From the sequence record NC_029028.1: 60,754 bases of DNA, one strand, 5' to 3'. Both the position numbers and the translations under genes were made by a program. Positions 1-10,470 of this stretch are shown here, piece after piece. How positions within the stretch are numbered: the first letter of the stretch is position 1; the number at the start of each line of letters is the position of its first letter. A model generated the notes under the pieces. It saw nothing but the letters and a program-made list of their open reading frames with translations, had not been told where the DNA came from and did not search any database. This stretch comes from Enterobacteria phage JenP1.

Positions 1-552
1 ATGGTAAAGCCTATTCTACCTTGGACACGTAGCATTGAATACGAAGCCGATCTCACTAAAGAAGAGATGGCTATACGTGACTCTGTCGTTGAAGAATATC
101 TGTTCGATTATGATTGGGTTAATGCGTGTAAACGTGTTGGAATGAGCTCCGCAATGGCGTTTGATTATGCCAAACGTTTTCAGGATGATAGCTATTGCCA
201 AAGACGAATCAAAGAACTTCAACAGCAGAAAGCAAGAAGTGCTGAACGTGACCGCAAATATGAAATAGAACAAGAGCGCCAGCGCATCATTGAAGGTCTT
301 AGATTTGAATCCACTTATCGTGGTCCTGGATCTTCTCAAGCTGCTCGTGTTGCTGCATATAAACAATTATGTAGCATCTTTGGATTTGAAGCTCCTAAGC
401 AACAGAAGATGGATGTCGGTGTATCTACTGGTGTTATGCTGGTTCCTATGGTTGGTTCTATGGACGATTGGGAAAGAGTTGCTGGGGAGTCTCAGACTAA
501 GCTGCAAGAGGATACTTTAAATGGACTCAATGATTCAGACACCGTCCACTAA
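1..552 (+). CDS. terminase small subunit (putative)
   Basis: 183-aa ORF immediately upstream of and overlapping the large terminase; charged, helix-rich; ATG at position 1 is served by a Shine-Dalgarno at the window end if the sequence is circular. Confidence 0.5.
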   Translation: MVKPILPWTRSIEYEADLTKEEMAIRDSVVEEYLFDYDWVNACKRVGMSSAMAFDYAKRFQDDSYCQRRIKELQQQKARSAERDRKYEIEQERQRIIEGLRFESTYRGPGSSQAARVAAYKQLCSIFGFEAPKQQKMDVGVSTGVMLVPMVGSMDDWERVAGESQTKLQEDTLNGLNDSDTVH

Positions 553-2119
553 GGTAGTATGGAAACCACATCCGGGATCTCAGGTACTGGCACTAAGTTG
601 TCCAGCAGATGAGATTTTATATCATGGTACTCGTGGCCCTGGAAAGACAGATGCTCAGTTGATGCGTTTTCGTCGTTATGTTGGCATGGGGTATGGTAAA
701 CACTGGCGCGGTATCATTTTTGACCGAGAATACAAAAACTTAGATGACTTAGTTGCAAAGTCACAGCGTTGGTTTCCTGAATTTAATGATGGTTGTAAAT
801 TCTTATCTTCCAAGTCAGATTATAAATGGGTATGGCCTAGCGGCGAAGAACTAATGTTCCGTGTTGCTAAAAAGCCTAAGGATTACTGGCTGTACCACGG
901 TCAGGAATTCCCATTTATTGGGTGGAACGAATTAACTAAATATCCGGATAGTGGACTTTACGAAGCAATGAAGTCCTGTAACCGTACATCCTTTGTTGCA
1001 GAAGAGAACCCGATAATTATTGACGGTGATGTGTATCAGCGAACTGGGCGTCTTGTTCTCGTTCAACCAGATCACGAGTACGCAATGCAGTTCATACTAC
1101 CACCTTTGCCGTTGCAGATCTTCTCTACGACTAACCCATTTGGAGTTGGACATAACTGGGTCAAGAAGTATTTTATTAACTCTTGTCCGTTGGGGTCAAT
1201 GAAGAAGGAAGTGACAAACGTCTTTAACCCGCGTACACAAAAACGGGAAGATGTAATCCGTACTCGCTGTCATATATTTGGTTCATACCGAGAGAACCGC
1301 AACTTGACACCTGAGTATGTTGCACAGCTTGTAAACATCGACGATCCTAACCTCCGCATGGCGTGGCTCGGTGGTAGCTGGGATATTACGTCCGGTGGAA
1401 TGTTCGACGACCTGTGGCGACAGAATATACATGTGGTCAAACCATTCCCGATACCTCACTCCTGGAGAATCGATAGATCATTTGACTGGGGCTCGAGTAA
1501 ACCATTCTCTGTCGGTTGGTGGGCAAGAAGTGATGGTAGTGATATCGTTTATCCAGATGGGCGTCGTGTACGAACTGTACGAGGTGACTTGTTTAGGATC
1601 ATGGAGTGGTATGGTACTAACGGGAAACCGAACGAAGGTTTAAGATTATTGGATTCTGAAATTGCTCGTGGTATCATCGTCAGGGAAATTGAAGCTGGTT
1701 TATACGGTCGCGTAGTTCCAGGCCCTGCTGATAACAGCATTTGGGACGTTAAGGACGGTAACAGTACCGCAGCAACAATGTCTAAACCAATAACTATCAA
1801 TGGTCGGTCTTATCCCGGTGTACAGTGGATTCGAAGTGATAAATCCCCTGGATCTCGTAAAGCAGGTTGGAAACGAATGCGGGAATATTTAGCTGCTTCA
1901 ATTCCGGATCCTAAGGTTGCCGCTTTACGTGAAAGACCTTCTATGTTTATTTTTGACAACTGTCACCACTTTATAGATCTTGTTCCAACTCTTGCCAGAG
2001 ACGAAGATGATCTTGATGATGTCGATACTGATTCTGAAGACCACATTGCTGACGAAGCTCGTTATCGCGTAGCCAACGAAGCACGTGGCGGCAGTATCGG
2101 TAAGACTGTGGGGACATAA
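521..2119 (+). CDS. terL: terminase large subunit
   Basis: 532 aa; Walker A-like GTRGPGKT near N-terminus; position before portal; C-terminal acidic nuclease-like region; start 521 or 530. Confidence 0.8.
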   Translation: MDSMIQTPSTKVVWKPHPGSQVLALSCPADEILYHGTRGPGKTDAQLMRFRRYVGMGYGKHWRGIIFDREYKNLDDLVAKSQRWFPEFNDGCKFLSSKSDYKWVWPSGEELMFRVAKKPKDYWLYHGQEFPFIGWNELTKYPDSGLYEAMKSCNRTSFVAEENPIIIDGDVYQRTGRLVLVQPDHEYAMQFILPPLPLQIFSTTNPFGVGHNWVKKYFINSCPLGSMKKEVTNVFNPRTQKREDVIRTRCHIFGSYRENRNLTPEYVAQLVNIDDPNLRMAWLGGSWDITSGGMFDDLWRQNIHVVKPFPIPHSWRIDRSFDWGSSKPFSVGWWARSDGSDIVYPDGRRVRTVRGDLFRIMEWYGTNGKPNEGLRLLDSEIARGIIVREIEAGLYGRVVPGPADNSIWDVKDGNSTAATMSKPITINGRSYPGVQWIRSDKSPGSRKAGWKRMREYLAASIPDPKVAALRERPSMFIFDNCHHFIDLVPTLARDEDDLDDVDTDSEDHIADEARYRVANEARGGSIGKTVGT

Positions 2120-2131
2120 GGAGTTCAACAG

Positions 2132-3658
2132 ATGGCCATTTCTTCGGTTCATCCTAAATATTTACAGTTTAGTGCATTATGGTTGAAGATGCGGGACTGT
2201 TTCCTTGGAGCTGACCACGTTAAGGCTCAAGGTACTTTGTATCTTCCACCGACACCTGCTATGCGTTATGACGGTATGAAACCAGGCGAAGATGGCTATA
2301 TCCGTTACAACGATTATAAAGACCGTGCAGTGTTCCCGGAGTATGTCGCCGATGCAGTAGTTAATCACAGTGGTATGCTTCATAGTAAGTCAGCTATTAT
2401 TCAGTTGCCTGCTGCAATGGAACCCCTTCGTCAATCTGCTACCAGCAAGCGCGAAGGTTTAGATCAGCTATTACGCCGCATAAACGAGCTACAGCTACGC
2501 GATGGTCGTCTTGGCCTTCTGTTGGAGCTGCCAGCGGGAAGTACCCGTGACACGCTGCCGTACATTGCGGTATACGAGGCGTTAAGTATACGAAACTGGG
2601 ACGACGGTGAGGATGATCTTGGTTCACTTAACCTTAACCTAGTTGTTCTGGATGAGTCCAAAGAAGTAATGGACAAGACTTCATTTGATTGGACTTATAA
2701 AGTTCAATATCGAGTTCTTGTTCTTGGAAGCGCCAATGTAGACGAACCGACAGATAGCGGTTACGTGTATGGGCAGTACATGACAGAACTACTTCCTGGT
2801 GAAGATGACGAACCAGAAGAGGTGAGCTCTGACGTTGTAGTCCCTCAATATAAAGGTACTCCGCTTGAGCAGATACCTTTCGTATTTTGTAACGCTATGG
2901 ACTTAGTCCCAGAACCAGATAAACCACCGCTACTTGCATTAGCAAACAGATGTATTTCCATTTATCAGGGTGAAGCTGATTATCGACAGGCTTTGTTTAT
3001 GCAGAGCCAGGATACGCTGGTTGTTCGTGGTGGTATTACGAACAGTGACGCAGTTGATGATAAAGCTCCTGTTCGTGTCGGTGCTGGTGCTCGTATTGAT
3101 GTATCTCCGGACGGTGATGCCAAATACATTGGTACTAACTCGCAAGGTCTACCGGAGCAACGTAAGGCACTTGAAGCTGATCATAAAGACGCTCAGACCC
3201 GCTCTGGGCATTTGACCAGTGCAGAAAGTGCTGCTCAAGAATCTGGTGATGCGCTGGAAACACGTCTTATCACTAAGACTGCTTCATTGGTCGGTATCGC
3301 TAAGACTGGTGCTGCTGCATTAGAAAAAATCCTTCGTATCTGTGCTATATGGATGGGTCTTGATCCTGAAGAAGTTAAAGTTATACCTAATCTTGACTTC
3401 AGCAAAGCTAACATTGAAGGTCAGGAACTGGTGCAGGTACAGACTGCTAAGAATCTTGGTGCTCCGTTGTGTGCTGAGTCTATGCACAACTGGTTGCAGG
3501 ATAAGGGAATGACCTCTTTGACGTTTGAAGAGGAGATGGAACGACTTGAGAAAGAGCGCGAAGAATATCCATTCCTCCTACCTCAAGTTAAGAATGATCA
3601 GAACCAAATCCAGCAAACAACTGGAAAACAGACGGGGAATGAAAATGCCGATAAGTAA
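2132..3658 (+). CDS. portal protein
   Basis: 508 aa ORF directly after terminase and before scaffold/capsid genes; size and position typical of portal. Confidence 0.7.
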   Translation: MAISSVHPKYLQFSALWLKMRDCFLGADHVKAQGTLYLPPTPAMRYDGMKPGEDGYIRYNDYKDRAVFPEYVADAVVNHSGMLHSKSAIIQLPAAMEPLRQSATSKREGLDQLLRRINELQLRDGRLGLLLELPAGSTRDTLPYIAVYEALSIRNWDDGEDDLGSLNLNLVVLDESKEVMDKTSFDWTYKVQYRVLVLGSANVDEPTDSGYVYGQYMTELLPGEDDEPEEVSSDVVVPQYKGTPLEQIPFVFCNAMDLVPEPDKPPLLALANRCISIYQGEADYRQALFMQSQDTLVVRGGITNSDAVDDKAPVRVGAGARIDVSPDGDAKYIGTNSQGLPEQRKALEADHKDAQTRSGHLTSAESAAQESGDALETRLITKTASLVGIAKTGAAALEKILRICAIWMGLDPEEVKVIPNLDFSKANIEGQELVQVQTAKNLGAPLCAESMHNWLQDKGMTSLTFEEEMERLEKEREEYPFLLPQVKNDQNQIQQTTGKQTGNENADK

Positions 3659-3789
3659 AGGTGTGAGTAAGAAAGTAAAAGACAAGAGTAAAAAATAGTT
3701 GCTTCATTCTTAATGATGTATTAGTCTTTATAGCGCGGTAGAACGGTCTATCGCGCTTTTTAGTGGAACGGTCCACAATGGAGAATTTT

Positions 3790-4668
3790 ATGAACAAGTA
3801 TCACATTCATCTAGCGGTAGCTTATTCTGCTGGCTTCTTCCAGTCCATGCCTCGTTTTGGTGCATTGGAACTTGAATATAATTCTGAAGACGAAATCCCG
3901 GAAAACGCGCGTGAGTATTATTCCCAAGAAGGCGATAAGTGGATCCTCACTGGTGTAAAGGGTGGCGGCAAACAGAATATTGACAGGCTGCAATCCGCAC
4001 TTGAAAAAGAACGCAACGATCATAAAGCGGTCAAGAGTAAGCTAAGTAAGCTGAACGGACGTGATATTGATGAGCTTTTACAGCGCGACGCTGAATACGA
4101 AGAGCTTAAATTGCGTGCGGATAAAGTTGATGATGAAAAGCTGGAGCAAATCATTAACGTGCGTATCCGTAACAAGTTGACTCCGCTTGAGCGTGAACGT
4201 GACGAGCTGAAAAACAAACTTTCTACATATGAGAAGCAAGTAGAAGAGTTGACCACAAAAGAGAAGAACCGCATCGTTAAGACCGCTCTGAGCAAGGCTG
4301 CAATGTCTGCTAAAGTGATCACGGAAGCTATTGACGACGTGGAACTGATTGGTTCTCGTTTGTTTGAGCTCACCGAAGACGGTCAGGTTGTGACACGCGA
4401 CGGTGTGGGCGTAACGCCAGGTATCACACCAGAAATGTGGTTACAGGACATTCAGGATAAGAAACCTCACTGGTTCCCTGGAAACGTCGGCGGTGGTGCT
4501 GGTGGTTCCCGTACTCCTGGCGCTGCCGGTAAGAACCCGTGGAGTGCTGAAGGTTGGAACCTTACTGAGCAGGGTAAAATTCTGCGTGAAAACCCTGAAA
4601 AAGCAGGCCGTTTGGCAGCCATGGCTGGCGTGGACTTGAAGCGTCCAGTACGTCCAGTTAAAAAATAA
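3790..4668 (+). CDS. scaffolding protein (putative)
   Basis: Lys/Glu-rich coiled-coil protein with Gly-rich C-terminus between portal and capsid genes; GGAG 6 nt upstream of ATG 3790 (alternative starts 3763/3778). Confidence 0.5.
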   Translation: MNKYHIHLAVAYSAGFFQSMPRFGALELEYNSEDEIPENAREYYSQEGDKWILTGVKGGGKQNIDRLQSALEKERNDHKAVKSKLSKLNGRDIDELLQRDAEYEELKLRADKVDDEKLEQIINVRIRNKLTPLERERDELKNKLSTYEKQVEELTTKEKNRIVKTALSKAAMSAKVITEAIDDVELIGSRLFELTEDGQVVTRDGVGVTPGITPEMWLQDIQDKKPHWFPGNVGGGAGGSRTPGAAGKNPWSAEGWNLTEQGKILRENPEKAGRLAAMAGVDLKRPVRPVKK

Positions 4669-4806
4669 TAAAATTTGTTGACACTCCCTCCGGTTGGTGT
4701 TAGTTTTACATCAACCGGAGCACGGGCTCCGATCAATCAAGGATTATTGGAGCCTCCCACGGCGGTAGAGTTCCAAAGTAAATCGATTAACTTTGCGGAG
4801 ACTACC

Positions 4807-5910
4807 ATGTCTAAAATTCTGTCAGCTCCGATGCTTAATTTGCGAGCTACCAATTCAATTCTTCTGTCTGCTGTTCGTCGCGGTGCGATCACTGAACTAG
4901 AAAACGTTATCGTTCCAGAAATCTTTGTACCATATGTACAGAACCGCACGACTGAAAAGTCCCGACTGATTCAGTCTGGTGCTATTGAGATCTCTGAACG
5001 TCTGAACGCTGCATTGATGGGTGAAGGTACTACCTTTAACCAGCGTTTCTTCAAAGACCTTGATCGTGACGAAGAAAACGTTTCAAGTGCAAGCGATTCA
5101 ACTGATTCTACTCCTGGTGGTATCAACTCCGGTCGTGAAATTCAGATCCGTCTGTCTCGTAACCATTCCTGGGGTTCTGCAGACCTGCTGGACAGCTTGA
5201 TCTCCCCTGACCCTCTGGATGCTATCATTAATCTGGTGGCAAGTTACCGTCAGAGTCGTCTGCAACGTGCATTCGTTGCGACTGTAAGTGGTGTGTTTGC
5301 TATGAACGCCGCTGCTCCGACTGGTTCCGGTGATAAGAAGTCTACTCACGTTCAGAACGATATGACACACGATATCTCTGGTTCAACTTTCACTGACGGT
5401 GTAACTAACTTCAACCCGGCTGGTGTTATCCTGGCTGCTGGTACTATGGGTGACTCCCTGAACGAGCTGTCCATGATGATGGTTCACAGTGTGGTTTACC
5501 AGCGTATGCAGCTCATGAACCTGATCGACTTCATTCCGGATGCTCGTGCTGAAGTGATGATCCCGACCTACATGGGTCGTGAAGTTATCGTTGATGATAT
5601 GATGCCTCACAATAGCGGTAAGTACGAAACCTGGCTGGTTGGTCGTGGTGCATTCCAGTTGGGTGTTGGTTCACCGAAAGTTCCTGTTGAAACTGAACGT
5701 AAACCTGCATCCTACAAAGGTGGTGGTTCTGAAATCCTGTTCCACCGCTGGGAAAACATCATTCACCCTGTCGGTCACGCATGGGTTGGTACTGCTGCTG
5801 AAGGTGGCCCGGATAACGCCGCTCTGAAGACTGCTACCAACTGGGCTCGTGTATTCCCTGAGCGTAAACAGATTAAGATTGCTCGTCTGATCACTCGCGA
5901 ACATGCTTAA
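4807..5910 (+). CDS. major capsid protein
   Basis: 367 aa ORF after scaffold gene, followed by a strong intrinsic terminator; GGAG upstream of ATG 4807 (ORF track starts at 4675). Confidence 0.7.
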   Translation: MSKILSAPMLNLRATNSILLSAVRRGAITELENVIVPEIFVPYVQNRTTEKSRLIQSGAIEISERLNAALMGEGTTFNQRFFKDLDRDEENVSSASDSTDSTPGGINSGREIQIRLSRNHSWGSADLLDSLISPDPLDAIINLVASYRQSRLQRAFVATVSGVFAMNAAAPTGSGDKKSTHVQNDMTHDISGSTFTDGVTNFNPAGVILAAGTMGDSLNELSMMMVHSVVYQRMQLMNLIDFIPDARAEVMIPTYMGREVIVDDMMPHNSGKYETWLVGRGAFQLGVGSPKVPVETERKPASYKGGGSEILFHRWENIIHPVGHAWVGTAAEGGPDNAALKTATNWARVFPERKQIKIARLITREHA

Positions 5911-5930
5911 TGCTTTAGCCATGTAATTAA

Positions 5931-5955
5931 AGGGGCCTATATGGTCCCTTTTTTG
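5931..5955 (+). terminator. intrinsic terminator after capsid gene
   Basis: hairpin AGGGGCC-tatat-GGTCCCT followed by TTTTTT. Confidence 0.6.
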
Positions 5956-5967
5956 TTAGGAGGAAAC

Positions 5968-6402
5968 ATGCGTTATCAACGTCACTCAAGACATCGTCGT
6001 TATGTACGCCACGAACGTCACGGTTCGGATGCAACACCTAAAGAGAAGATTAAGACTGTAGGTAAAGTCCAGTATTCAGCTGATGGTGAAAGCGGTTGGC
6101 AGGATACAATCCCTGCTGGTCTTATGAAAGTAAGTACACCACTGACTTTCTACATTCGTGCTAAAGAAGTAGATCCAGAGGATGATGGTTCTTATGTTTA
6201 TAAGTTCCAGATTGCTGCTGGAACTGGTGATGCGTTGTCCCTTCAAAATACGGGCGTCAACAAAGCAAAAATCTCTGGTACGGCTCCGGAAGGTATGCTG
6301 AGTAAGACGTTCAGTGTCAACTGTACAGTTGAAGACAGTTATGGGACAGAAGTTACGGGAACTGCATTAACGCAAGCCTGGTCTGCTGCTTCTGTAGTGT
6401 AA
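5968..6402 (+). CDS. hypothetical structural protein, Arg/His-rich N-terminus
   Basis: AGGAGG RBS then ATG 5968; beta-rich Ser/Thr/Gly composition suggests Ig-like decoration domain (guess). Confidence 0.4.
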   Translation: MRYQRHSRHRRYVRHERHGSDATPKEKIKTVGKVQYSADGESGWQDTIPAGLMKVSTPLTFYIRAKEVDPEDDGSYVYKFQIAAGTGDALSLQNTGVNKAKISGTAPEGMLSKTFSVNCTVEDSYGTEVTGTALTQAWSAASVV

Positions 6403-6427
6403 ACGTTAAATTGCTAGATGTTTTAAA

Positions 6428-6462
6428 GGGTGTTACACTTCGCTTGTAACACCTTTTATTTT
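6428..6462 (+). terminator. intrinsic terminator
   Basis: stem GGTGTTACA / TGTAACACC with 7-nt loop followed by TTTTATTTT. Confidence 0.6.
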
Positions 6463-6471
6463 GAGGAATGA

Positions 6472-7143
6472 ATGATGAAAGACAAGATCATTGAAGGGCT
6501 TCGTAAACTCAATGCTGAGAACGACAATCATTGGACTGCCGATGGTCTGCCTAAAATTGAAGCACTGAAGTTTACAGTTGGGCCGTCCGTCACGCGAGAA
6601 GATGTCAATTCTGTTGCGCCTGGGTTCACTCGTTCAAATCCTGTAATTGAGGACGTCGAACATGAAGAAAAGCATGACACTTCCTCATTGCAGGAAACCG
6701 AACAGACGGAAATTGTTGCAGATACCGACAATGCACAATATGAGTCCTTATCTAAGGTTGAAGCAGATAAGGAAACTGTTAACGGTAAATCAATTGTCAC
6801 TACGCGAGTAGCTTTCGACATTAACGCCAGTGACGCGGTTAAGGCAATGCTGAAAGATATCCCGGTTATTGACTTTGACACTGTTTCTGTGGAAGAGCTT
6901 AAAGAATATGAAAAAGTTCTTTCGGAACAAGTTAACGCAGACAACCAGATGTTATCTGCAATGCACGAACTTGTTGAAGCTCGTGCTAAACTGTACGCAA
7001 AAGTCAACACCGAAATTGAACGCCGTAAGCCTAAGACAGAGCTGGCTCACACGTTAGCATCTTTCCGCGACCAGATGGCTCAAGTACAACATGTGGTCAA
7101 TCAACCTCGTATGGTTGTTCGTAACGGTATCCGCACTCGTTAA
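6472..7143 (+). CDS. hypothetical protein (head module)
   Basis: 223 aa acidic ORF with GAGG RBS; no motif recognised. Confidence 0.45.
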   Translation: MMKDKIIEGLRKLNAENDNHWTADGLPKIEALKFTVGPSVTREDVNSVAPGFTRSNPVIEDVEHEEKHDTSSLQETEQTEIVADTDNAQYESLSKVEADKETVNGKSIVTTRVAFDINASDAVKAMLKDIPVIDFDTVSVEELKEYEKVLSEQVNADNQMLSAMHELVEARAKLYAKVNTEIERRKPKTELAHTLASFRDQMAQVQHVVNQPRMVVRNGIRTR

Positions 7144-7151
7144 GGTGACAT

Positions 7152-7481
7152 ATGGCATTTCGAACAGACAAAAAGTTCTTGTTTCATATGATGCAACGTA
7201 ACAGACGTCGTCGAGATGCCACGTTGAACCCTGTAAGCGGTGTCCTGGGGTGGGTAACGCCGCCCCCGTCGACAGGTGTGGTAGATACCGATTACGTTAT
7301 GACGTGGCAGAATGGTCAAACACCTTACGTTGTACAGGTCTTTAAAGATAAAGAATTGGTCTTACAGAATCAGCTTGATTTGCAGACCTTCACAATTAAC
7401 GAATCGTCTGATGCAAGGTACGATATTAAAATTATAAGTGCAGACGGTCAGATTCTTAATGCTACAATAGATATCGCTTGA
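7152..7481 (+). CDS. hypothetical protein
   Basis: 109 aa ORF tightly packed in head-tail module. Confidence 0.4.
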   Translation: MAFRTDKKFLFHMMQRNRRRRDATLNPVSGVLGWVTPPPSTGVVDTDYVMTWQNGQTPYVVQVFKDKELVLQNQLDLQTFTINESSDARYDIKIISADGQILNATIDIA

Positions 7482-7482
7482 G

Positions 7483-7992
7483 GTGCATATGACTATAACT
7501 ATCATTGTTGAAGATGGGTCTTGTGTGCCTAACGCAAATAGCTATATTGATGTTGAATATGCTACGCAGTATTTAGAAGACCGTGGAGTTACGGTTCCCG
7601 CAGAGGATAAGCTGAAACCTATGCTTATCAATGCGATGGATTTTATGGAGAGTCTTAACCGCTATAAGGGTAAGCGCACCAACCAAGATCAGGAACTACA
7701 GTTCCCGCGCAGCGGCTTATACAGCGACGGTGTAGAGATTCCAGGTAACACCATACCCGTAGCAATTAAGCGAGCACAGGCCCAACTGGTCGCGGATACG
7801 GTGCAGAGCGGTAAGCCGTTATTAAGTAACAGTACCAGTTATGCACTGAAAAAGCGTATTCTTGGACCGCTGACGCTTGAATACGCAGTTGGTCAAAGTG
7901 CTGTATTAGAAAGCGCGACACCACACCAGCGTTTCTGGGCTTTGATTAATGACTACCTGCGAAGCTCTAGCTCACAAGGAGTAATGAGATGA
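7483..7992 (+). CDS. head-tail connector/adaptor protein (putative)
   Basis: 169 aa, position between capsid and tail genes; resembles gp6-like connector proteins by size and context only. Confidence 0.4.
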   Translation: MHMTITIIVEDGSCVPNANSYIDVEYATQYLEDRGVTVPAEDKLKPMLINAMDFMESLNRYKGKRTNQDQELQFPRSGLYSDGVEIPGNTIPVAIKRAQAQLVADTVQSGKPLLSNSTSYALKKRILGPLTLEYAVGQSAVLESATPHQRFWALINDYLRSSSSQGVMR

Positions 7993-8363
7993 CAATTGCT
8001 TCAGAATTTATTGCAATGGCACATGAGATGTTGAACGACCAAGAAATTGGTTTTGATGGAACACTCATTGTTAAAGTAAAAGAAGATGGAAGTGAATCAA
8101 AGCCTTGGGCTCCGACTTTTAAAGAACAAGAAATACCACTGCGTTTGTTCTATGACGAGCAGTCAAAGACTAACGTAAACGGTAGTGTAGTTCTTCAAGG
8201 TGAAAAGGTCTTTATCACTTACGAACCGGACGGTATTAGTCTGGAAGATTGCATTGGTTTTAAATTTATTGACCACAAAGGGCGCTCGTTCGTTGTTAAT
8301 GCAGTTGAGCCTATCGGTGCGGGTGGAACTACAATCATTAGTTACGTTAAGGTTGGTTCCTAA
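7989..8363 (+). CDS. hypothetical head-tail protein
   Basis: 124 aa, 4-nt overlap with neighbours (translational coupling). Confidence 0.4.
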   Translation: MTIASEFIAMAHEMLNDQEIGFDGTLIVKVKEDGSESKPWAPTFKEQEIPLRLFYDEQSKTNVNGSVVLQGEKVFITYEPDGISLEDCIGFKFIDHKGRSFVVNAVEPIGAGGTTIISYVKVGS

Positions 8364-8782
8364 TGGCTAAGAAGAGCTTCCGTGATCAGTTTACCAGTGC
8401 TCAATTAAGAGCCATGCAAAAAGCCGCAGGTGAGGTAAAACAAAGACTTTATGGCTTCGTTAGTGCTGTTGTTGATGACACTCCTGTTAAGGACGGTGGA
8501 TTACGCGGAAGTTGGCAGATACAGAAATCACCCGACCTTATTGAGGACAATCTGCCGGAAGACCCGTCCGGAGCTGCTACGAAACAAAGATTGTTTACTA
8601 AAATAAGATATCTCCCAATCCATCAAGATTGGGATATTTATTTTGGTAACGGTAAACCTTATGCTCAAAAGATTGAATATGAGGGTTACAGTAAGCAGGC
8701 TCCGAACGGTATGTTGCGTAAGAACATCGCAAGAGGTGGACAGGCATTCAGTGGATTTAAACTTGGGAGCTTTGATAAATGA
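8363..8782 (+). CDS. head-tail joining protein, HK97 gp10-like (putative)
   Basis: 139 aa with DTPVKDGGLRGSW motif typical of gp10-like neck proteins. Confidence 0.5.
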   Translation: MAKKSFRDQFTSAQLRAMQKAAGEVKQRLYGFVSAVVDDTPVKDGGLRGSWQIQKSPDLIEDNLPEDPSGAATKQRLFTKIRYLPIHQDWDIYFGNGKPYAQKIEYEGYSKQAPNGMLRKNIARGGQAFSGFKLGSFDK

Positions 8783-9246
8783 TCCCGTATCCGTTTCAAT
8801 GGGTCGAAGATACCCTGAAATCACATTTAGTGAATAACTATACTGAAATGTCACACGCTATGGCGTGGAAGAACTTGACATTTGATGCCAGCGGCTTTAA
8901 AGTGTGGTTAAAGATCATCAATACCCCATCCAGTGAAGACCCTGTAACATTAGGCCCTTATGGCGATAATGAAATGCGTGGGTTCTTACAGATCGGTGTA
9001 TATTCACAGTTGAATACTGGTATTGAAGAATCTAATGCTGTTCTTGGACATGTGAGTAAAATCTTTAGTGTACCAAGACAGCTCCAGGCACCTGACGGCT
9101 GCATGTTAAGACTGACAAGAAAGACGTTTTCTCAAGGTGGGCAAACGTCAATTGCAGACTTCACTCGCGGTGGTGTTGAAGGTGTTTGGGATGCTCAATA
9201 TGTAACAATCTACTGGCTCGCACGTGAGCCTAAACAGAGGATATAA
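8779..9246 (+). CDS. tail completion/terminator protein (putative)
   Basis: 155 aa ORF immediately upstream of major tail protein. Confidence 0.4.
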   Translation: MIPYPFQWVEDTLKSHLVNNYTEMSHAMAWKNLTFDASGFKVWLKIINTPSSEDPVTLGPYGDNEMRGFLQIGVYSQLNTGIEESNAVLGHVSKIFSVPRQLQAPDGCMLRLTRKTFSQGGQTSIADFTRGGVEGVWDAQYVTIYWLAREPKQRI

Positions 9247-9248
9247 CG

Positions 9249-10430
9249 ATGGCTGAAGGTTCACGTTATAGTAGCTATTACATCAAAGAACAGACCTCCG
9301 GTGTCACTCCGTCTAGCGGAACTCTGAAGGTCTTTCGTGCTACTAAATCGGGTCTTGATATTAAAATCGCTACTCTGCAATCTGAAGAAATTCGAGATGA
9401 TGCGGAAGTGGCGGATTTCCGTCTTGGTGCTCGTCACGTAGAAGGTACAGCAACGGGTGAACTGTCTTATGAGACATTTGATGACCTGTTGGGTGGTGCA
9501 TTACGTGGTACGTTTGCGGGTGAAGTGTTGACCGCAAGCATTGAGCGCCAGTCTTTTACCTTTATTGACTATAACGCAGACATTCCTGACTTCCCGTATA
9601 CCATTTATCGCGGTTGTGAAGTTAACAGTCTTGCAATTACTGTAAGTGCTGAAGCTATCACCAGCGTGGAATTCGGTATCGTTGGTCGTACAATGGAACA
9701 GGCTGCTACCCTGCCGTCTGGTCTAAGTAAAGGTACTCGTACGACTACGTCACCTATGGATGGCTTCTCTGGTAAGCTGACTATGGGCGATGTGTCCGTC
9801 GATGTTATTACTGAGATGGCTATTAACATTGAGAACGGCATCGAGCCTCGCTTCGTTGTTGGTTCCAAGTTCTCTATTAAGCCAAGCTCTAAACGTCGTC
9901 AGATCAGTGGTACACTGACCGCCTACTACGAAGATAACAAACTGCGTAGTAAGTTCCTGAACGAACAGGAAAGTGACCTGACTATCGATATCCTGGACGG
10001 AACTACTGGTGCTGGTTATCGCTTCAGTATGCCTCGTATCAAGATTACGGAAGCTCCGCGTCCAATCGATGGTGAAGGCGATATCATGCTGAACATGAGT
10101 TATACTGGTCTGTTGGATCAGGAAGAAGGTTACAGCATTCGTATTACCAAACTTCCTCCGATGTCTTTCACTACGGATCTTACCGCCAATAAGACAATCA
10201 CTAAAGGCCAGGCGCTAACACTTTCAGTTGTGGTTAAAGGTGGTGCAGAACCTTATACCTACGTGTGGAAGAAAGGTGGTGTCGTTATTGGAGGTGCTAA
10301 TCAAGCGACATACACTAAGTCTAACGCACAAGAAGCGGATGCTGGTCAGTACGTGTGTGAAGTAACAGATTCACATGGTCGTACTATACCGAGCACACCT
10401 TGTCTTGTTGCTGTTAATCCTGGTGAGTAA
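9249..10430 (+). CDS. major tail protein with C-terminal Ig-like domain
   Basis: 393 aa; C-terminal ~90 aa has Ig-like signature (YVWKKGG...AGQYVCEVTD); followed by terminator then chaperone and tape measure. Confidence 0.65.
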   Translation: MAEGSRYSSYYIKEQTSGVTPSSGTLKVFRATKSGLDIKIATLQSEEIRDDAEVADFRLGARHVEGTATGELSYETFDDLLGGALRGTFAGEVLTASIERQSFTFIDYNADIPDFPYTIYRGCEVNSLAITVSAEAITSVEFGIVGRTMEQAATLPSGLSKGTRTTTSPMDGFSGKLTMGDVSVDVITEMAINIENGIEPRFVVGSKFSIKPSSKRRQISGTLTAYYEDNKLRSKFLNEQESDLTIDILDGTTGAGYRFSMPRIKITEAPRPIDGEGDIMLNMSYTGLLDQEEGYSIRITKLPPMSFTTDLTANKTITKGQALTLSVVVKGGAEPYTYVWKKGGVVIGGANQATYTKSNAQEADAGQYVCEVTDSHGRTIPSTPCLVAVNPGE

Positions 10431-10434
10431 TTGG

Positions 10435-10459
10435 AACGGGGTGTAAACCCCGTTTTATT
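10435..10459 (+). terminator. intrinsic terminator after major tail gene
   Basis: hairpin AACGGGG-tgtaaa-CCCCGTT followed by TTTATT. Confidence 0.6.
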
Positions 10460-10470
10460 AAGGAACGATT

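Noticed and set aside
3763-3789. Earlier start codons for the scaffold gene
   Set aside because: They overlap a hairpin plus T-run downstream of the portal gene and lack an RBS; ATG 3790 has GGAG at proper spacing, though the choice remains uncertain
6528-7010. Minus-strand 160-aa ORF
   Set aside because: Antisense to a plus-strand gene in a uniformly plus-strand structural operon; Ser/Thr/Cys-rich frame artefact
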